From contig MU619344.1 of NCBI GenBank assembly GCA_025201805.1, positions 39,932-103,931 of the forward strand: DNA of 64,000 bases, read 5' to 3'. The notes below the pieces were generated by a model. That model saw only the letters and a list, made by a program, of their open reading frames with translations, ran no database searches and was not told the DNA's origin. Numbering within the stretch: position 1 is the first letter of the stretch; every line of letters begins with the position of its first letter. The translations under genes and the position numbers were made by a program. This stretch comes from Parasitella parasitica NRRL 2501. Lineage: Eukaryota > Fungi > Mucoromycota. Below, in pieces: positions 39,272-52,202 of this stretch.

Positions 39272-40839
39272 ATGGTCGAGGTTGATATCCATTGTAATGT
39301 GATTAGGTGTAGAAAGCCTCTTTCTGTAGAATATCAAGTAATACATTACTTGTCGTATACAGCGGTATACACATGTTTTACAAATGAACATCCTGCTCAT
39401 CTTGTTGTCGTTTCTAATATAGGCTTGCGTGACATCCTGCTCTCGTATGTATACTAACATATTCGTAGACGTTGCTTTCGAGTATTGTCTACAATACTCA
39501 CTGCTGCATAGACATATTCTGTGTGAACTGTGCAAACAGTATATTCTCCAAATCACTTACATGTCCAGCATGCAACACAGGCTTGTCTGAAAGGTAGATG
39601 CCGCATACTGATATATAACATCGCTGGGATGCTTACAATAAAATCATTATCTACGCAAATCAGTGAAGACATTATACTGATTCAGTTAAACCCAACAGAA
39701 GAGTACAAATCTGTAAGATTCTCGATAAAAATAGAGCCATATGATGCAGGTATTGACAGTATTATAAAGTCTGTCTTGGCTGGTTTAAAGCCTGAAATTA
39801 TTCTTGATATCTCTATGAGAGCAATCGCATTTTACGAGTACCAGACATCACAAGAGATAGCATTTAGAGCCATGATACAAAAAAACATACAAGAAAAATA
39901 CAAGATGCTTAAAGATCAGTTCAATATAGCTACAAGAGATTTGAATCATATTAACAAAGGCATGATTTTACGTACTAACATGTGTTGTTGTTTTGTATAA
40001 CCAAATCGTTTTCATTTTTTTATAGTGGAAAAAGAAAAAACAGTGGGTGGGTGGCTGACAGTAATAAGTACAACATATTCACTAAGCTGATGTTCATCGC
40101 AATAGCTCTCATGAAGGATTTCGAAATGGAAAAGTTAAAAAGCCAGCAATTTGCAGTGAAATTAGAAGAAAAAAGCAAACAATTTCAGAAACTACAAGTA
40201 ACAAAACGTCCAATAGACCATTATTGGAAGCAACTAATCCATTTATGCGATAAACAGACAATGTACGAAAAACTTAAAAGGAAAACTATCAATCCAACAT
40301 TACAAGACGCCTTTACATCACCGCCACCACCGGTCGCTACTGTACCTTCTGCTATGAGCCAATATCATATGACACCAGCATCGGTTTACCCTTACCCGCC
40401 AAACAGCAATACTAAAGCAAGCAGATCTCAACGGAATATTGGTCCTGGTGAAGATGATCTAGTTTCAAGGATCGGAAGAACATCCAACATAACTGGGGCA
40501 AGATCTGTGTTTGTTCCGCCTCGACAGCCATCACCAACAACACGTAGCCGTCATGGCTATCATAGACTTACAAGAATCCCATCCCCTTCAGTTGCTGCAG
40601 AAAGCTCCATGTATTCATTTCGACATCACCATCCAAGGCGAGATGATAATGGACCTCGTAGTCAAATGCCTCCCACTAGAACCATAGCAAATGAATCTGT
40701 TGGGTTTGTTCATCACCAACAACAGCAACACCAGCACGAGCAGCGATTGCAATCATATCGACATGAAAGCCATGATATGGAACCCAAATCTTCGCATTAC
40801 TATCATAAGTTCGTTGATAATTCTCGCCACAAACGATAG
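39272..40839 (+). CDS. HEI10: Meiotic RING E3 ligase Hei10/CCNB1IP1, multi-exon
   Basis: Spliced CN...CRKPL...ACVTSCSHIFCVNC...CPAC RING, followed by LNPTEEYKS-VLAGLKPEIILDISMRAIAFYEYQ, coiled coil and disordered tail. Confidence 0.88.
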
Positions 40840-40937
40840 GAAAATGCACAATAAATAAAAATATGTTAAAAAATACACATAAATTCGTGATGTTTATTAT
40901 AAAGCTCAAGATACATGTATATATGCATATGTACAAA

Positions 40938-42034
40938 TTATGGCTTGATAACAACCTTTAACCCTGTTCCTGCCAAGAATACTTCCCAACCCTTCTCAAA
41001 TTCACTCAATGAGAACGAATGCGACACCAATTGACTCCAATCAATCTTGCCCTCGGCTAAAATCTTGACAGCACGATCAATGCCATAGGGGTTGGTATAA
41101 GTAGATGTGATGGTCAATTCCTTTCTATACACGTCAAATGGAGATATAGGTACACGGTCTTCTACCTTGGTGACACCTACCCAAACAACAGTAGCACCAG
41201 CTTTTGCAAAGTTAACAGCATCTAGGCAAGTGTTTGGTCTGCCAACGCACTCAAAAACAACATCATAGCCTTCACCCAGAGTACCGTCAACAGGAGCAAG
41301 CGATCCAGGAGCAAACGCTTCAGAAGCACCAAAAATTTCCACAGCCTTCTTGCGTCTCATCTCGCTAGGCTCAATAACAGTGACTCTACCGCCACTCGTC
41401 GAGGCAAGTGCAATGGCCATCAAACCAATGGGGCCAGCACCAATAACAAGGACAGAGTCACCAGTTTTGATGTTGCCTTGATCAACAGCATGTACGACAC
41501 ACGAAAGAGGCTCTGCCAATGAAGCTACCTCGGGTGTCACGTGCTTAGGAACAGGTACGGCAGCGCGAGCAGGTACACACACATACTCAGACATGCCACC
41601 GTCCACTGTTACGCCAATGCAAAATAAGTTGGGACACAAATGATACTTTTGGTTACGGCAGAATGTGCACTGATTGCATGGCATGTTGGGATCAATAGAC
41701 ACCAAATCACCTTTTTTGGCCAACGCTTGAGTTTCAGGATGGATCTCTTCCACATAACCACAGAATTCATGGCCAATGACCACCTTTTTGGCAGCGTGAG
41801 GAGTTTCGCCACGACTGATATGTAAATCGGTACCTGCAATTTTCAATTCAGGCTTTCAGTCACTAGTTTTGACTCAATGTGCGCACACAACAGAAACTTA
41901 CCACAAATACCAGAAGCTGCTACTCTAATTAATAGTTCCCCGGGCTTGACAACCGGCACATTTTTGTTCATTAAATCAATAGCTCCCACTGTTTGCCAGC
42001 TGGCTACGGTCATTTCCTTGGTAGAGGTGCACAT
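40938..42034 (-). CDS. Zn-dependent medium-chain dehydrogenase (polyol: arabitol/sorbitol dehydrogenase-like), intron 41901-41834
   Basis: GICGTDLH, GHEFCG, structural Zn CNQCTFC...C, EPLSC, GAGPIG. Confidence 0.9.
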
Positions 42035-42099
42035 TTTTTTTGTTTCAGCGATTCAATACGAAGATAAAATAGAGTAAGAGATAGTCGTTGAGAAAAAAA

Positions 42100-42105
<6 letters not shown>

Positions 42106-42176
<71 letters not shown>
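42106..42176. repeat. 71-nt poly(A) homopolymer
   Basis: Directly visible, ~70 bp upstream of the dehydrogenase ATG (poly-T on its sense strand). Confidence 0.95.
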
Positions 42177-42180
<4 letters not shown>

Positions 42181-43275
42181 AAATAGCTCAAGGTTGTATG
42201 CATCAGCACCGTGGATTTTCTACCAATGCAATGCATCTTTAACTTGGACAAAATGACCAATCGGGCAATTTGGCCCTGTAAATTGCAGAACATTTATTAA
42301 TATAAAGGATGCGATCCACGCACATATATAAATATATTTTACCATAACCAATTGTATTCTTATGATTGCATTCTATGCTTATTCGTACCTAACCGACGGC
42401 TAATATTCGCCTTTAATTCGAGATGTGAAAAAAAAAAAGGTAGTTGAATCTAACGATGCATAAGTTTGAGAAATTGTACACTTTTTTCTATCTATCTACA
42501 TAATCTAATAATGTTCAATCAAAAGGCCCAATGGTGCTTTGCGCCTAAGGGAAAGGATTTCCACGTCTCCAGCGTTAGTAGTTGCACCACCACTGCTTTT
42601 CAAAAACGCTATGCTGAGGATTATTTGTCGCTTGAGTAGTGTGAGTATTTATCTTGTTCTTTGCTTTGTCTAGCCTTGTGCTATTTAGTTTCTTTGCTTT
42701 TCTTTGTTTTGTGTGTTCTTATTGAGCACCGCTTTGGTTAAAGTATTTACTCTTGAGCATATATGCAAGAAGTAAAAAATAATAATGTCCAATTTGGTAT
42801 TGTATTATAATTGGGATGGTATATTGCAGACGCGCCAGTTGTGTCACTAGGACGGAGGCCAATTGAACAAAACGGAAGCCATATCTAATAAGACACTCGA
42901 TACTTGCCTCTGTTCCTACTACTACTACTACCTTATCAAGTATAGTCATCTAGTAGGATATGTGGAACAATGTTCTATGCTAATATCAAAGGCTGGCATT
43001 TCTAATCATTAGTATTGCTGTCTGAGCCATTACTTTCTGTATAATATAGACATTACTGGTCAGTAGTAATTTGACTGCAATGCTTGGAGTTAACCTAGTT
43101 TATAGTAATAAACTCTTTTTATGATAAATATTAATCAGTAGGGACATATCAGCTGTATTAGCAAGACTAATTGGGCTTTTAATTATGATAATAATCAAGA
43201 AGGAGAAATTTTTCCTCGATGATACAATATCTGTTAAGATTCGAGTTTTCTTAAAGTAGCTGGATGTTTTATGTT

Positions 43276-43664
43276 TGTTGTATCCATATAAAAGCTACAT
43301 ATGTCATATCTAACATAATTATAATGTACGGATCATGATGTTCATGGACCTCTTGCAAGGTTCTAGGCCTATTCAAAAATTACATCAAGGTCAGATGGCG
43401 GGATGTTGGGGAGACATCTTGCTCACATCTTCTCTTTAATGCAAAATAATAGAAGAATAGGTCTGTTCCTGGAAATGCTGTGATTTAATGATATTTAACG
43501 CTTCCTGTCAAACATCTATAACATATTCTAGTATAAATAGGGATCATATATTATGTCAGTAAAAGTCTTCAGTTTGTATCTGGTTTTTTCGGAGAAAGTC
43601 TTTGTTAGGTCTTTCATATAACATTTACACAATATTCCGTTGCGCCCTTTACACTGACACAACC
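43276..43664 (+). mobile_element. Solo LTR, family A, older degenerate copy 3
   Basis: Starts TGTTGTATCCATATAAA like copy 1 and ends gcgccctttacactgacacaacc; internal deletions; near-TSD ATGTT/ATGTA. Confidence 0.88.
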
Positions 43665-43974
43665 ATGTATAATTAAATATCATGTAATGTGAATAATTAC
43701 AGTTCCGTATGCGCAGACCTGGTCCTTAAGAAAAGCGGCTTAAAAAAACAGTAGATTCGAATTTACATTGATATTCAAGGCAATGCAACATTAAAATCAG
43801 TAATGGCAATAAACAAGTAATCTATCTACACTTAAGGATTAATTTTTATCAATACACTGAAGGTTTATACTAATAAGAAAAAGTTATCACTCTTCTCCAA
43901 ATAAATCAAGTTTAAAAAAAAAAATCAAAATTATCCACTTGTCAATACAGATTTGGAATTTGAAAAAAAAAACG

Positions 43975-45135
43975 CTTGGCCAACCTACCCGAAAAGAAAT
44001 GTTTGTTGCTTATCGTAAAATATCAATGGTTGAAATTGAAGTTTAAGCTATAAAACGAATTTCTGGTATCAATATTGTTACCTTAGGTTCCTCAATAAAG
44101 GTTCGTTGTTTGCGATTATGAAGGTATTCAATCTTATTCTTTACCACAATAGTGCTTTGCTCTTAAAATGCACGAAACAGTGCTAGGACTTGGAATCAAA
44201 CAGTTCTGTTCGCTACTTTTACTGCTCTTGTCTACTGTTCTAGTACCATCGTTGCAGTATTCCTTGTAAATCGAGTAGGTCGTCGACCCCTGTTCATGGC
44301 AGGTTCATTTGTCATGCTTATATGACCAACGCTAATGATTGACTTCAACAAAGTGCTATTCGGCTTGATATCTGCAATTCTGGTAATTGTACTGACAATG
44401 ATTTACCCAGGCACTTTCGGTTTGGCTGGGGCATGTGTAGATTAACTGTGAAAGTTGTATACAAGGTATATTACAGCTTAGGCATAACAAACACGTGGAT
44501 CCTGCCGACATATTTCCCCTCCACACAAGAACTAAATGTTTCGCTGTTTCTGTTTAGGATATAGAACAAATCTTAGCAGCAATGTATTACACTCTGTATA
44601 ATATATCATAAAGCGAGCATGAGTAGAAATGCCTAGTAGAATGAGGTGAATTTATTTAGACTTGGCAACGAGACCATTGAGTGGCTGACCTTTATCCCAG
44701 TACAGAGTGGTGATATCCCATGACATTTGATTCCTGAGATCGGTGTTAAATCCTGATGAAAAGTTACTACGAAGAATATATTATATCCTTTATACATTTC
44801 TGGGCTCTTGCCTTACTAGTGATTCGGAAACTCTTATCCATCAAGCTCCTAGGGATTGGTTCAAGGCGTACCCAATTATCCCTCATCCTTGATCTTGGTC
44901 CTACTGCTGCGGCACTGGCAATTAACTATAAATACCTTCAAAATGTACACTACTTTGAATCCTCAATCAACCTTAGAAGAGCAAAATAAATATATTCAGT
45001 TCTAATTGTATTTTTTCTGTCTATATTTCGTTATTCTAAACAGTTTCTTCCAACCCAGGTAAGTTTTATATTTACATATGGGAATTTCATGCTAATGTGT
45101 GTATACAGTTATGCAACTTTACCGCTTTTATTAGA
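43975..45135 (+). pseudogene. MFS sugar (hexose) transporter pseudogene fragment interrupted by a solo LTR
   Basis: SGINIV, LVNRVGRRPLFMAGSFVMLI*, FGLAG/W, PADIFPLHTRTKCFAVS | SN ... LCNFT across the LTR insertion; stops and frameshifts. Confidence 0.75.
44551..45042 (+). mobile_element. Solo LTR, family B (492 bp)
   Basis: TGTTTAG...CTAAACA inverted termini; exact 5-bp TSD GTTTC (44546-44550 / 45043-45047); TATAAATA (~44927) followed by AATAAA (~44985). Confidence 0.85.
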
Positions 45136-45617
45136 AACTATTGAAGTTTGTTGTTTTGTTTGTGAAAGCAACTCCCACACTCTATATTTGCTGTATTTTC
45201 ATGTGAAAAAATATTTTTTTCCACATGTCCACTATAAATAGCTACTTCCATAGCTATTTACCATTTTTTATTTTATTTTTTCATTTTTACCATCAAAAAA
45301 GATTTAACAGACATGGGCTCGGGTAGAAACACATTCCAATCATAACCTTTAGCGACTACTTATTTGATGACAATTCTCAAAGACGGTAAGAATTTAATTC
45401 TTGTTTTCTTGAACGAAACCCATAATTAATCTTTTTTTATGTTTTGTATAGTTTACAAAACTTCTCTCTTGAGTTGCGGTGGATCTATCCGGGATTGGGC
45501 GATCCTCTCTTGTGATCCATTCAGTTACAAGGTCAGTATTCCTTAACTGAATGATCACAAAGGAGCTTGTCTCTTAACAATATATGGGAGGATCCCAGAG
45601 GCGGTCAGGCAAATCGA

Positions 45618-45738
45618 ACAATAGTACAGGATTTTGGTCTTAATTGGTCGGTTGAAATTTTTTTTGGGACAGTTGGTGGGCAACTGTCCCAAAAAAAATT
45701 TCAACCGACCAATTAAGACCAAAATCTTGTACTATTGT
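45618..45738. repeat. Near-perfect 121-bp hairpin (MITE-like / TIR-only element)
   Basis: acaatagtacaggattttggtc...gggacagttg GTGGG caactgtccc...gaccaaaatcttgtactattgt; ~58-bp arms, one mismatch, 5-nt loop. Confidence 0.9.
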
Positions 45739-46081
45739 ACCCTTCGATTATCGGTGCTGGGTGTACTTACTTCTGGCTTTTATTAATGCAACTGAACAAG
45801 TTGATGAAATAAAATATTTGTTTGATCAAGTCCGTTCTGAAAATATAAATGACATCGGATACACTCTTTCTCTCCAATAGGGAGAGAGCCTCTTCTATCG
45901 ACTCAATACTAAACTTTTTTCTTCCTTCCTTTACTATCCTGATAACTAAGTTATTCTTAATATTCTTCTTGTTACCACTTGATTTGGCATTACAAATCCA
46001 TCTCTACGTACAACAACAAAAAAAAAAGCCAAATATTTGTCCTCAAATCAAATTACCCATAATTCAACAGCGAATTATTAT

Positions 46082-49000
46082 TTATTGTGCAGACAATGAA
46101 GCAGCCAAGGATTCAACTAGAAAATATAAATTAGTTTTTTTCTTACCATCATGCCTAATATACATACACCATGGAAGTCCCCCCTTTTTGCCTAAAATTG
46201 TCAAGCTGACAGAAATAAATTCATTTGTACGATTGAAATCCTTCTCAATAGCACTCATTTTCTGATCAAATTCTTGCAAATCCTTAGGTAATATTTGATC
46301 AATGGGCGAATCTGTCAACTGCATGTAATTTTCAAATATCAACATCATTTGCTCTGCCATATCTAGGATGTTGACAATGGATTTTTTTATAGAGCTTGCC
46401 TATATTTAATAAAATACTCAGTACGTTCAAATTCTCCAGCTATCGCTGTGCTTACAAACCTTTTGATTTAATAAACATCTATCTACAATTCTGCGAACAT
46501 AAGAGCTGTGCAATGCTGTAATCTCGTCGGCATCTTTAGACATTGATAATTTATCTCTGAAGTTGATGGTTTCAGCATGAAGAATCTAGGTTTGAACCAT
46601 CATCAGCAACGTGTCAATCACGCGTGCTAAAAATGAAACTTACTGTTGTCATTATGTATCGCCAAAATGCATTGATAAACCAAAGGACCCTCATACGGAT
46701 GGAGTAGAAGTGCATAGCTCGAGGATCACTTTTTTCCATCTTGATCCTACCTCTGAACAACGTCTTTTTCTCCATTACGTATTTAGCTCTTTTCAACCGA
46801 AACAAGAATTTTTGTATTTTTGAATAGCTGTATATATGTTCTTGTTGTATAAAGTTATTCAAAGGCCATGATATCTACGCATTCAACATATTCGGTTTAG
46901 TAGCAAAATTCAGATTCATTGCAAACATAAGCCGTACCTCCACATTAAATTGAATCATTTCCAGATAGGATGCTTGATTTTTTAGTTTGTGTATTGTGCT
47001 GTCAATTGATTCCAATTCAATATACACTGTTTCCTCATAGCCACTCACTTCAGATGATTCTGCGAATGTTCTACTCAGTACCCGTGAATCAAACCAAGTT
47101 TCATTGTTATCTAATTGAGTGTATAGTGCCTCACAAAAAGAATGCATCAAGTCGTTTTCCAACATGAGATATATGGACGCAAGCGATTCCAACTGCTGCT
47201 TTAATCCACAGCTTTGATGCAGAGCAGTATTGAGAGTGTTTGCTGCTGTGTTATAGGGCTCTTCAATGTATGCCTCTGAGCAACGTATCATGTCTTGATC
47301 AAACAACGATCCATGATCGTCTGTACAATCTTGTTCCTTGTCATGCTGTTTTTGATTTCGTGCTGTTGAGCTTGCATTCAATGGAAACAATGAAGAAATG
47401 AGTAGATCGTATTCAGCGACAGGCAGCGCTTGTTGTTCATGCATCGTGGCAGGTTTAATAAACGACGGCTTTACGCAGATATAGTCCGAAAGCAAGCTTT
47501 GAAAAGGTTTTTGTACTTGATCCATGTGCTGAATGTGTTTCTAAAGACGACTATTAGATAAAACCGAAATGAGGCAGTGTCAATTATTCCTACTTTTCTC
47601 TCTATCTGAGACAACAAATTCACAGCCTTTCCTGTAAAAAAGACTCGATTCATCACCGACTTATCAAATAGCGGACATGAGAAGCAAGTAAAGTCTTGAT
47701 TTACGGGTTCAATGGCAAAGCCTTCCATCCAGAAATTAGAATCATTCATCGAAACTTCGTCTCTCCTTGAAACATAGAATTCCTTTACTTTGTCGCCGTT
47801 CAAGGACCCATAAAAGATCCAACCATCCATGATGTGCCCATATGGTATCACTGTCTTTTGCAAAACATACAGTAAAGTATCATACATCGCCTGCTGTCCT
47901 GTACATTGTGCAACAAGAGCACGATCATAAAGTGCTGCAATCAAGTAAGTAGAGATAGATCGCGCATCTTCTTGAGGATAGGGCGCATCTACGACAACAC
48001 CATGAATCGCTTTAAAGCACTGTAAAGACGAGTCTAGCGTGTTTCGAAGATTAAGTAGAGAGATGATTTGAGATGCATCAGACGTAATAAAACTGGATTT
48101 CGCTTCAATTTCTGCTAACATGCTGTCGAAATCCATAAGTGATTGGAATAAGGTTGCTGCAAATGCTTGGCTAGTCTGCCCATACTTGATTTCGCTGGTA
48201 GCTTTTGTGGCTAATTTTCGAAGATCTGCTATGATATTCCCATAAAAACTGAATTCCTGCAGTAAATGGCCCAAAGCTTGCCGACTAAGGTGCTGTACAA
48301 TATACTGCTCATTGAGCTGCGTTTGATAATACAGTCAGTTGCAAGCTTCTGTCATCCTCTACGATTACCTTACCACAAACTGGTCTTCCTGGTACGAGTA
48401 TAATATACCACGATAGCCTCGAAGCAATAAAAGCACCTCCCTTGTAACATTTGCCTCTGTAATTGCTTTCAACAAGCTTTTTTCAGTGTCGCTATAAAAT
48501 AGCCTATTCAATGCATCGCTCATCTGACAAGGTTTCTGTAATAAATTGACATTTGACGAATTTTGTTGAGGCAAATGCTGCTCCTGTCGCCAATACTGCT
48601 GTGTCATTAGATGGTTCAAACCTTCTTGATCCCCTCTTTTATCCATCTTCATTTTTCTAGTAAAATCAAACTTAAAATTACTCAAATCGCCTAAATACGA
48701 TCTTCTTTGTGTTGTTGCTACAGATGTTATGCGATTCAATTCTAGATCATCGGCTATCCCATCATCTTCATCGTCATCATCGTCCGAAGCTTCATCAGGC
48801 CATGTTTTCCAATGATCTCCTTCCAATGGGTCGTCTTTTATCACATCTTGCCAAGTCAAAGATTCTTTTTCGGTATTATTGATAGTGGGTATATAGTTGA
48901 AATCCTGATTTGACGAAGATGATAGTGATAACAATAACTGTAATGCATCGTATTTCAGTATTGCTTGCTAAAAGAGAAAATGTCAATCGCTAAGCCGTGC

Positions 49001-49415
49001 ATGCTTGATCACTAAAATCCCTACGTTGGTGTCCTCTGTGCCTATCGATCTGGATACTTTCAAGAATTCTTTTTTATGCTTGAGCAATGCTTCAGATAGT
49101 TCATGATGGCCCTTTATACTGAATTTCTCTGCTAATCTAAAAGATGGTACTATCAGGTTTAAGACTCAAAAAAGCAGATGCTTGGATAACTACCCATTTA
49201 TTCTATTTGTTACTTCTTGTTCGCTGGTGCTGGTGCATTTATCGTAGTGTAGAGTGTATTTTGCTTTCTGCACAGTCTTTTCCCATTCTGGCGAGTTAGG
49301 CTACAGGCGCTGTGGGTTAAGTGGATCGAGGTAGAAAAGCAGGTAAAGTGTTTAAGTATACCTGTAAATCAGTTAGCTTGTGTACAAGTTGCCTTAGCAA
49401 GTTGTCCTGATTCAT
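46082..49415 (-). CDS. GCP5: Gamma-tubulin complex component, Spc97/Spc98 family (GCP5-like), multi-exon
   Basis: GL.EKFSI...ELSEAL, WQDVIKDDPLEGDHWKTW, ITEANVTREVLLLLRG, WI..G.L.....EFYV, WPLNNFI, YSKIQKFLFRLKRAKY. Confidence 0.8.
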
Positions 49416-49862
49416 AAATTTGGTTTTTGGTTTCTGTTAATTTACAAAAAAAAGAGGTGGTCTGCACATTTTATGTAGATGCTGAATCCAGTATATGGAT
49501 TGTGACAGCCCTGAATACATGAAGGCTCGGTTAGAAATGGCAGTTTTAAGAATTCATCTCATGCAAGTTACAAAGGATCACTTATACACGTAAAGGGCCA
49601 ATTTTTTTTTATCGTTTTATAAGGCTACTTGTCAGATACATACACAGTTCTGGCTATGTTATATTCTATTTTTATTTTATTCTTTATTATTGTTTTTATT
49701 ATTACATGATCGCATTATTGTCCATTGTCCATTGTCCATTGTCCATGTAGCAATTGCAGCCATAATACTTGGTGTTCATTTTAAGAGTGCGTTAATTCTC
49801 TAATTCGAATCAACGACTGAAGATGGCTAATAGAGAAAGGTGTATATCTAAAAATGTACAGT

Positions 49863-50159
49863 TTAAAGTTTACGACCAACGACGGTATAACCTCTAGGTG
49901 GCTTTACTGCTTTCAATTCCTCAGCTGTAGGAATATGATCAACAACTTGGACTTGTACGAGTTCTTTGAGCTTGAGGATAAGGCCTGCGTTACTGGCATT
50001 GACAGGCTTATATGAAGTTTGATGAAGGCGAACAAGCCCTAATGTTTTGGATGCAGCACGAATGTCTTGAGGAAGACCGATAGCTGATCTCTTTAGTGTG
50101 ATTTTGTAATAATCTGCTGCTGTCTTTGCGCTAGAGGAGAAGAGTCGACGATGCAACAT
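49863..50159 (-). CDS. MRPL33: Mitochondrial ribosomal protein uL30m
   Basis: Targeting peptide MLHRRLFSSS; YYKITLKRSAIGLP...LGL.RLHQT......NAGLILKLKELV...KPPRGY. Confidence 0.9.
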   Translation of the reverse strand: MLHRRLFSSSAKTAADYYKITLKRSAIGLPQDIRAASKTLGLVRLHQTSYKPVNASNAGLILKLKELVQVQVVDHIPTAEELKAVKPPRGYTVVGRKL

Positions 50160-50885
50160 GATAATATTGACACAATGGAAGAGAGATGCTTTTTTCCTCA
50201 TAGGCACCCTTGGACATTTTTTGTGTTGGGGTGGCTTGTTTTCAACAAGAGATGGGTGCGTATATCGAGCAACTGTGCCAACTAGCGTAGAATATTAATG
50301 CAAATAGATCTGCTGTCATAATGGACAATCAATGTCTCCTTAATGTCAATGCTTTTAATTTAGGAATACTGATTGAACCGTATGTTGATTTGTCAACAGA
50401 AACAACAGATGAGAGGAGTATGACAAAATTGCGCCAGGCGATTTACCCAAAAGTACGGAGTAGGTCCAAGGTATTTGTTGTGGAGAGTGCACACCTAATA
50501 ATTCCCTCTCTCCGTTTCTTTTTTCTTTCTTAAAGAGTATCCCAGCATCGCAAAGCTCGAGTTTTCTGTATACGTACCATCCTTAGTGTTAAACAAGTTG
50601 GGTTGTATTCATTTCTTATCCCAAAGATACTTTCACCTTCTTTTTTTCGTAAGGCAAGCGCTGGCAAACTTGTTGGTTGCATTGGTCGTATAAAACAATT
50701 TTTAAATATTTGATATTTGAAATTAAAGGACTGAGGCGGATGTGATAGCAATGTGTGATTATTGAAGCAAAAGACTACAAAGACATGAATTCTCAATAAA
50801 TTGACATCTGAGCCCTTGTACTTGTCTAGAGAAATACTACAAAGACTATAATCTTTGCATCTTTTATTAATCAAGTTTAAATTAG

Positions 50886-52202
50886 TCATATTAAGTAATT
50901 TGCAAGTATTCCACAAGCAGCCAAAATTGAGCCGATTGTGGCAGAGAAAATAATAGAATTTGCACCTGAGGTGGCTTCTTGTTGCTGAATGTCTTGTTGC
51001 TCTTGTTGTTCATGTTGTTCCTTCTTTGCACTATCTGATCCCGAAGCAGCAAAAGCATCTTGTTGGATCTTCTTTTTGGCATCTTCACTATAATCATCAT
51101 CTTCGTCGTCTTCATCGTCATCATGATCCTTTGATTTCTTCTTGTCTTCTTTGGGATCAGAATGGGGCTTTTTATCGCCCACACATTCAGCAGCAGTGCT
51201 CAATTTGAACCCCTTGGAGCGAAGAGCTTCAATGATCTTGGGGACTTGCCCAATAGATGTTTGATACAAATCTACAATTACAACGTATTAGAACATTCAA
51301 CTGACCCAAAAATTTAGCAAAAATCACTTGCCATGCTGCAAACTTATAAAGCCGCTATCGTTATGAGCGTTCAATGAGCTAGGTTTACCGGAAGCAATAT
51401 CGTCAAAAGCACGTTGAATACGCTGAGCACCGTCTTTGAGCATATGCACATTATAATCAGTAGGGTCGACGTTCCACATCAGAGTCTTGTAGCCCATCTT
51501 TTTGAGGATTGACTTGACGCGAGCATCAGCTTCGCCGTAAGGAGGGCGGATATAACGAGGCTTGACGCCGATAGCAGCCTTGATGGCTTCTTCAGTAGCT
51601 CTTATTTCATAAACAATCTTTTCATTGCTCAAACTCATTAGGTGAGGATGGGAGTAGGTGTGAGAGGCGATTTGATGACCAGCCTCGTAAGCACGTTTGA
51701 TGATTTCGGGGTATTGCTTTGCGTGAGCTCCCATGACACAAAAAGTAGCCTTGACATTAGCTTTATCCAGGATATTGAGCAAATCAATGGTGAAATTACT
51801 AGGTCCGTCATCAAAGGTGAGAGCCCAGGTTCTTTCAGAGGGACAGCCGTAGATATCATCCTTAGTCGCCATGTTGCCACAAGTCTCAAAGCATCGCTCA
51901 TTATCAGTGCCATCACACTTGGCTTTTTTGCAAATACCAGAGCCTACAGGGCGTACCCGGCCTTCAATATCATCTAAATCAAGTCCTTCGAGCCATTTTT
52001 CATCATGAGGGGTGACGAACTCAGGTTTATCTGTTTCCACCTTTTCTTTGCTATCATCATCATCGTCATCGTCGTAGTCGTAGTCATCGTCATCTTCATC
52101 ATCGTCGTCATGGCGATGCTTTTTGGCAAACACGGTGCTTACGATGCATAAAAGTATGATGAGTGTAATCCAGGTTAACGGAAGTTGCCTGCGAGAAAGC
52201 AT
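50886..52202 (-). CDS. Chitin deacetylase (CE4/NodB) with signal peptide, acidic tracts and probable GPI-anchor tail
   Basis: TFDDGP, HTYSHP, RPPYG, DPTDY and LQHD (across an intron) motifs; hydrophobic C-terminus. Confidence 0.92.

Noticed and set aside
49718-49745. (TTGTCCA)x4 microsatellite
   Set aside because: Short simple repeat with no spacers or evident function.
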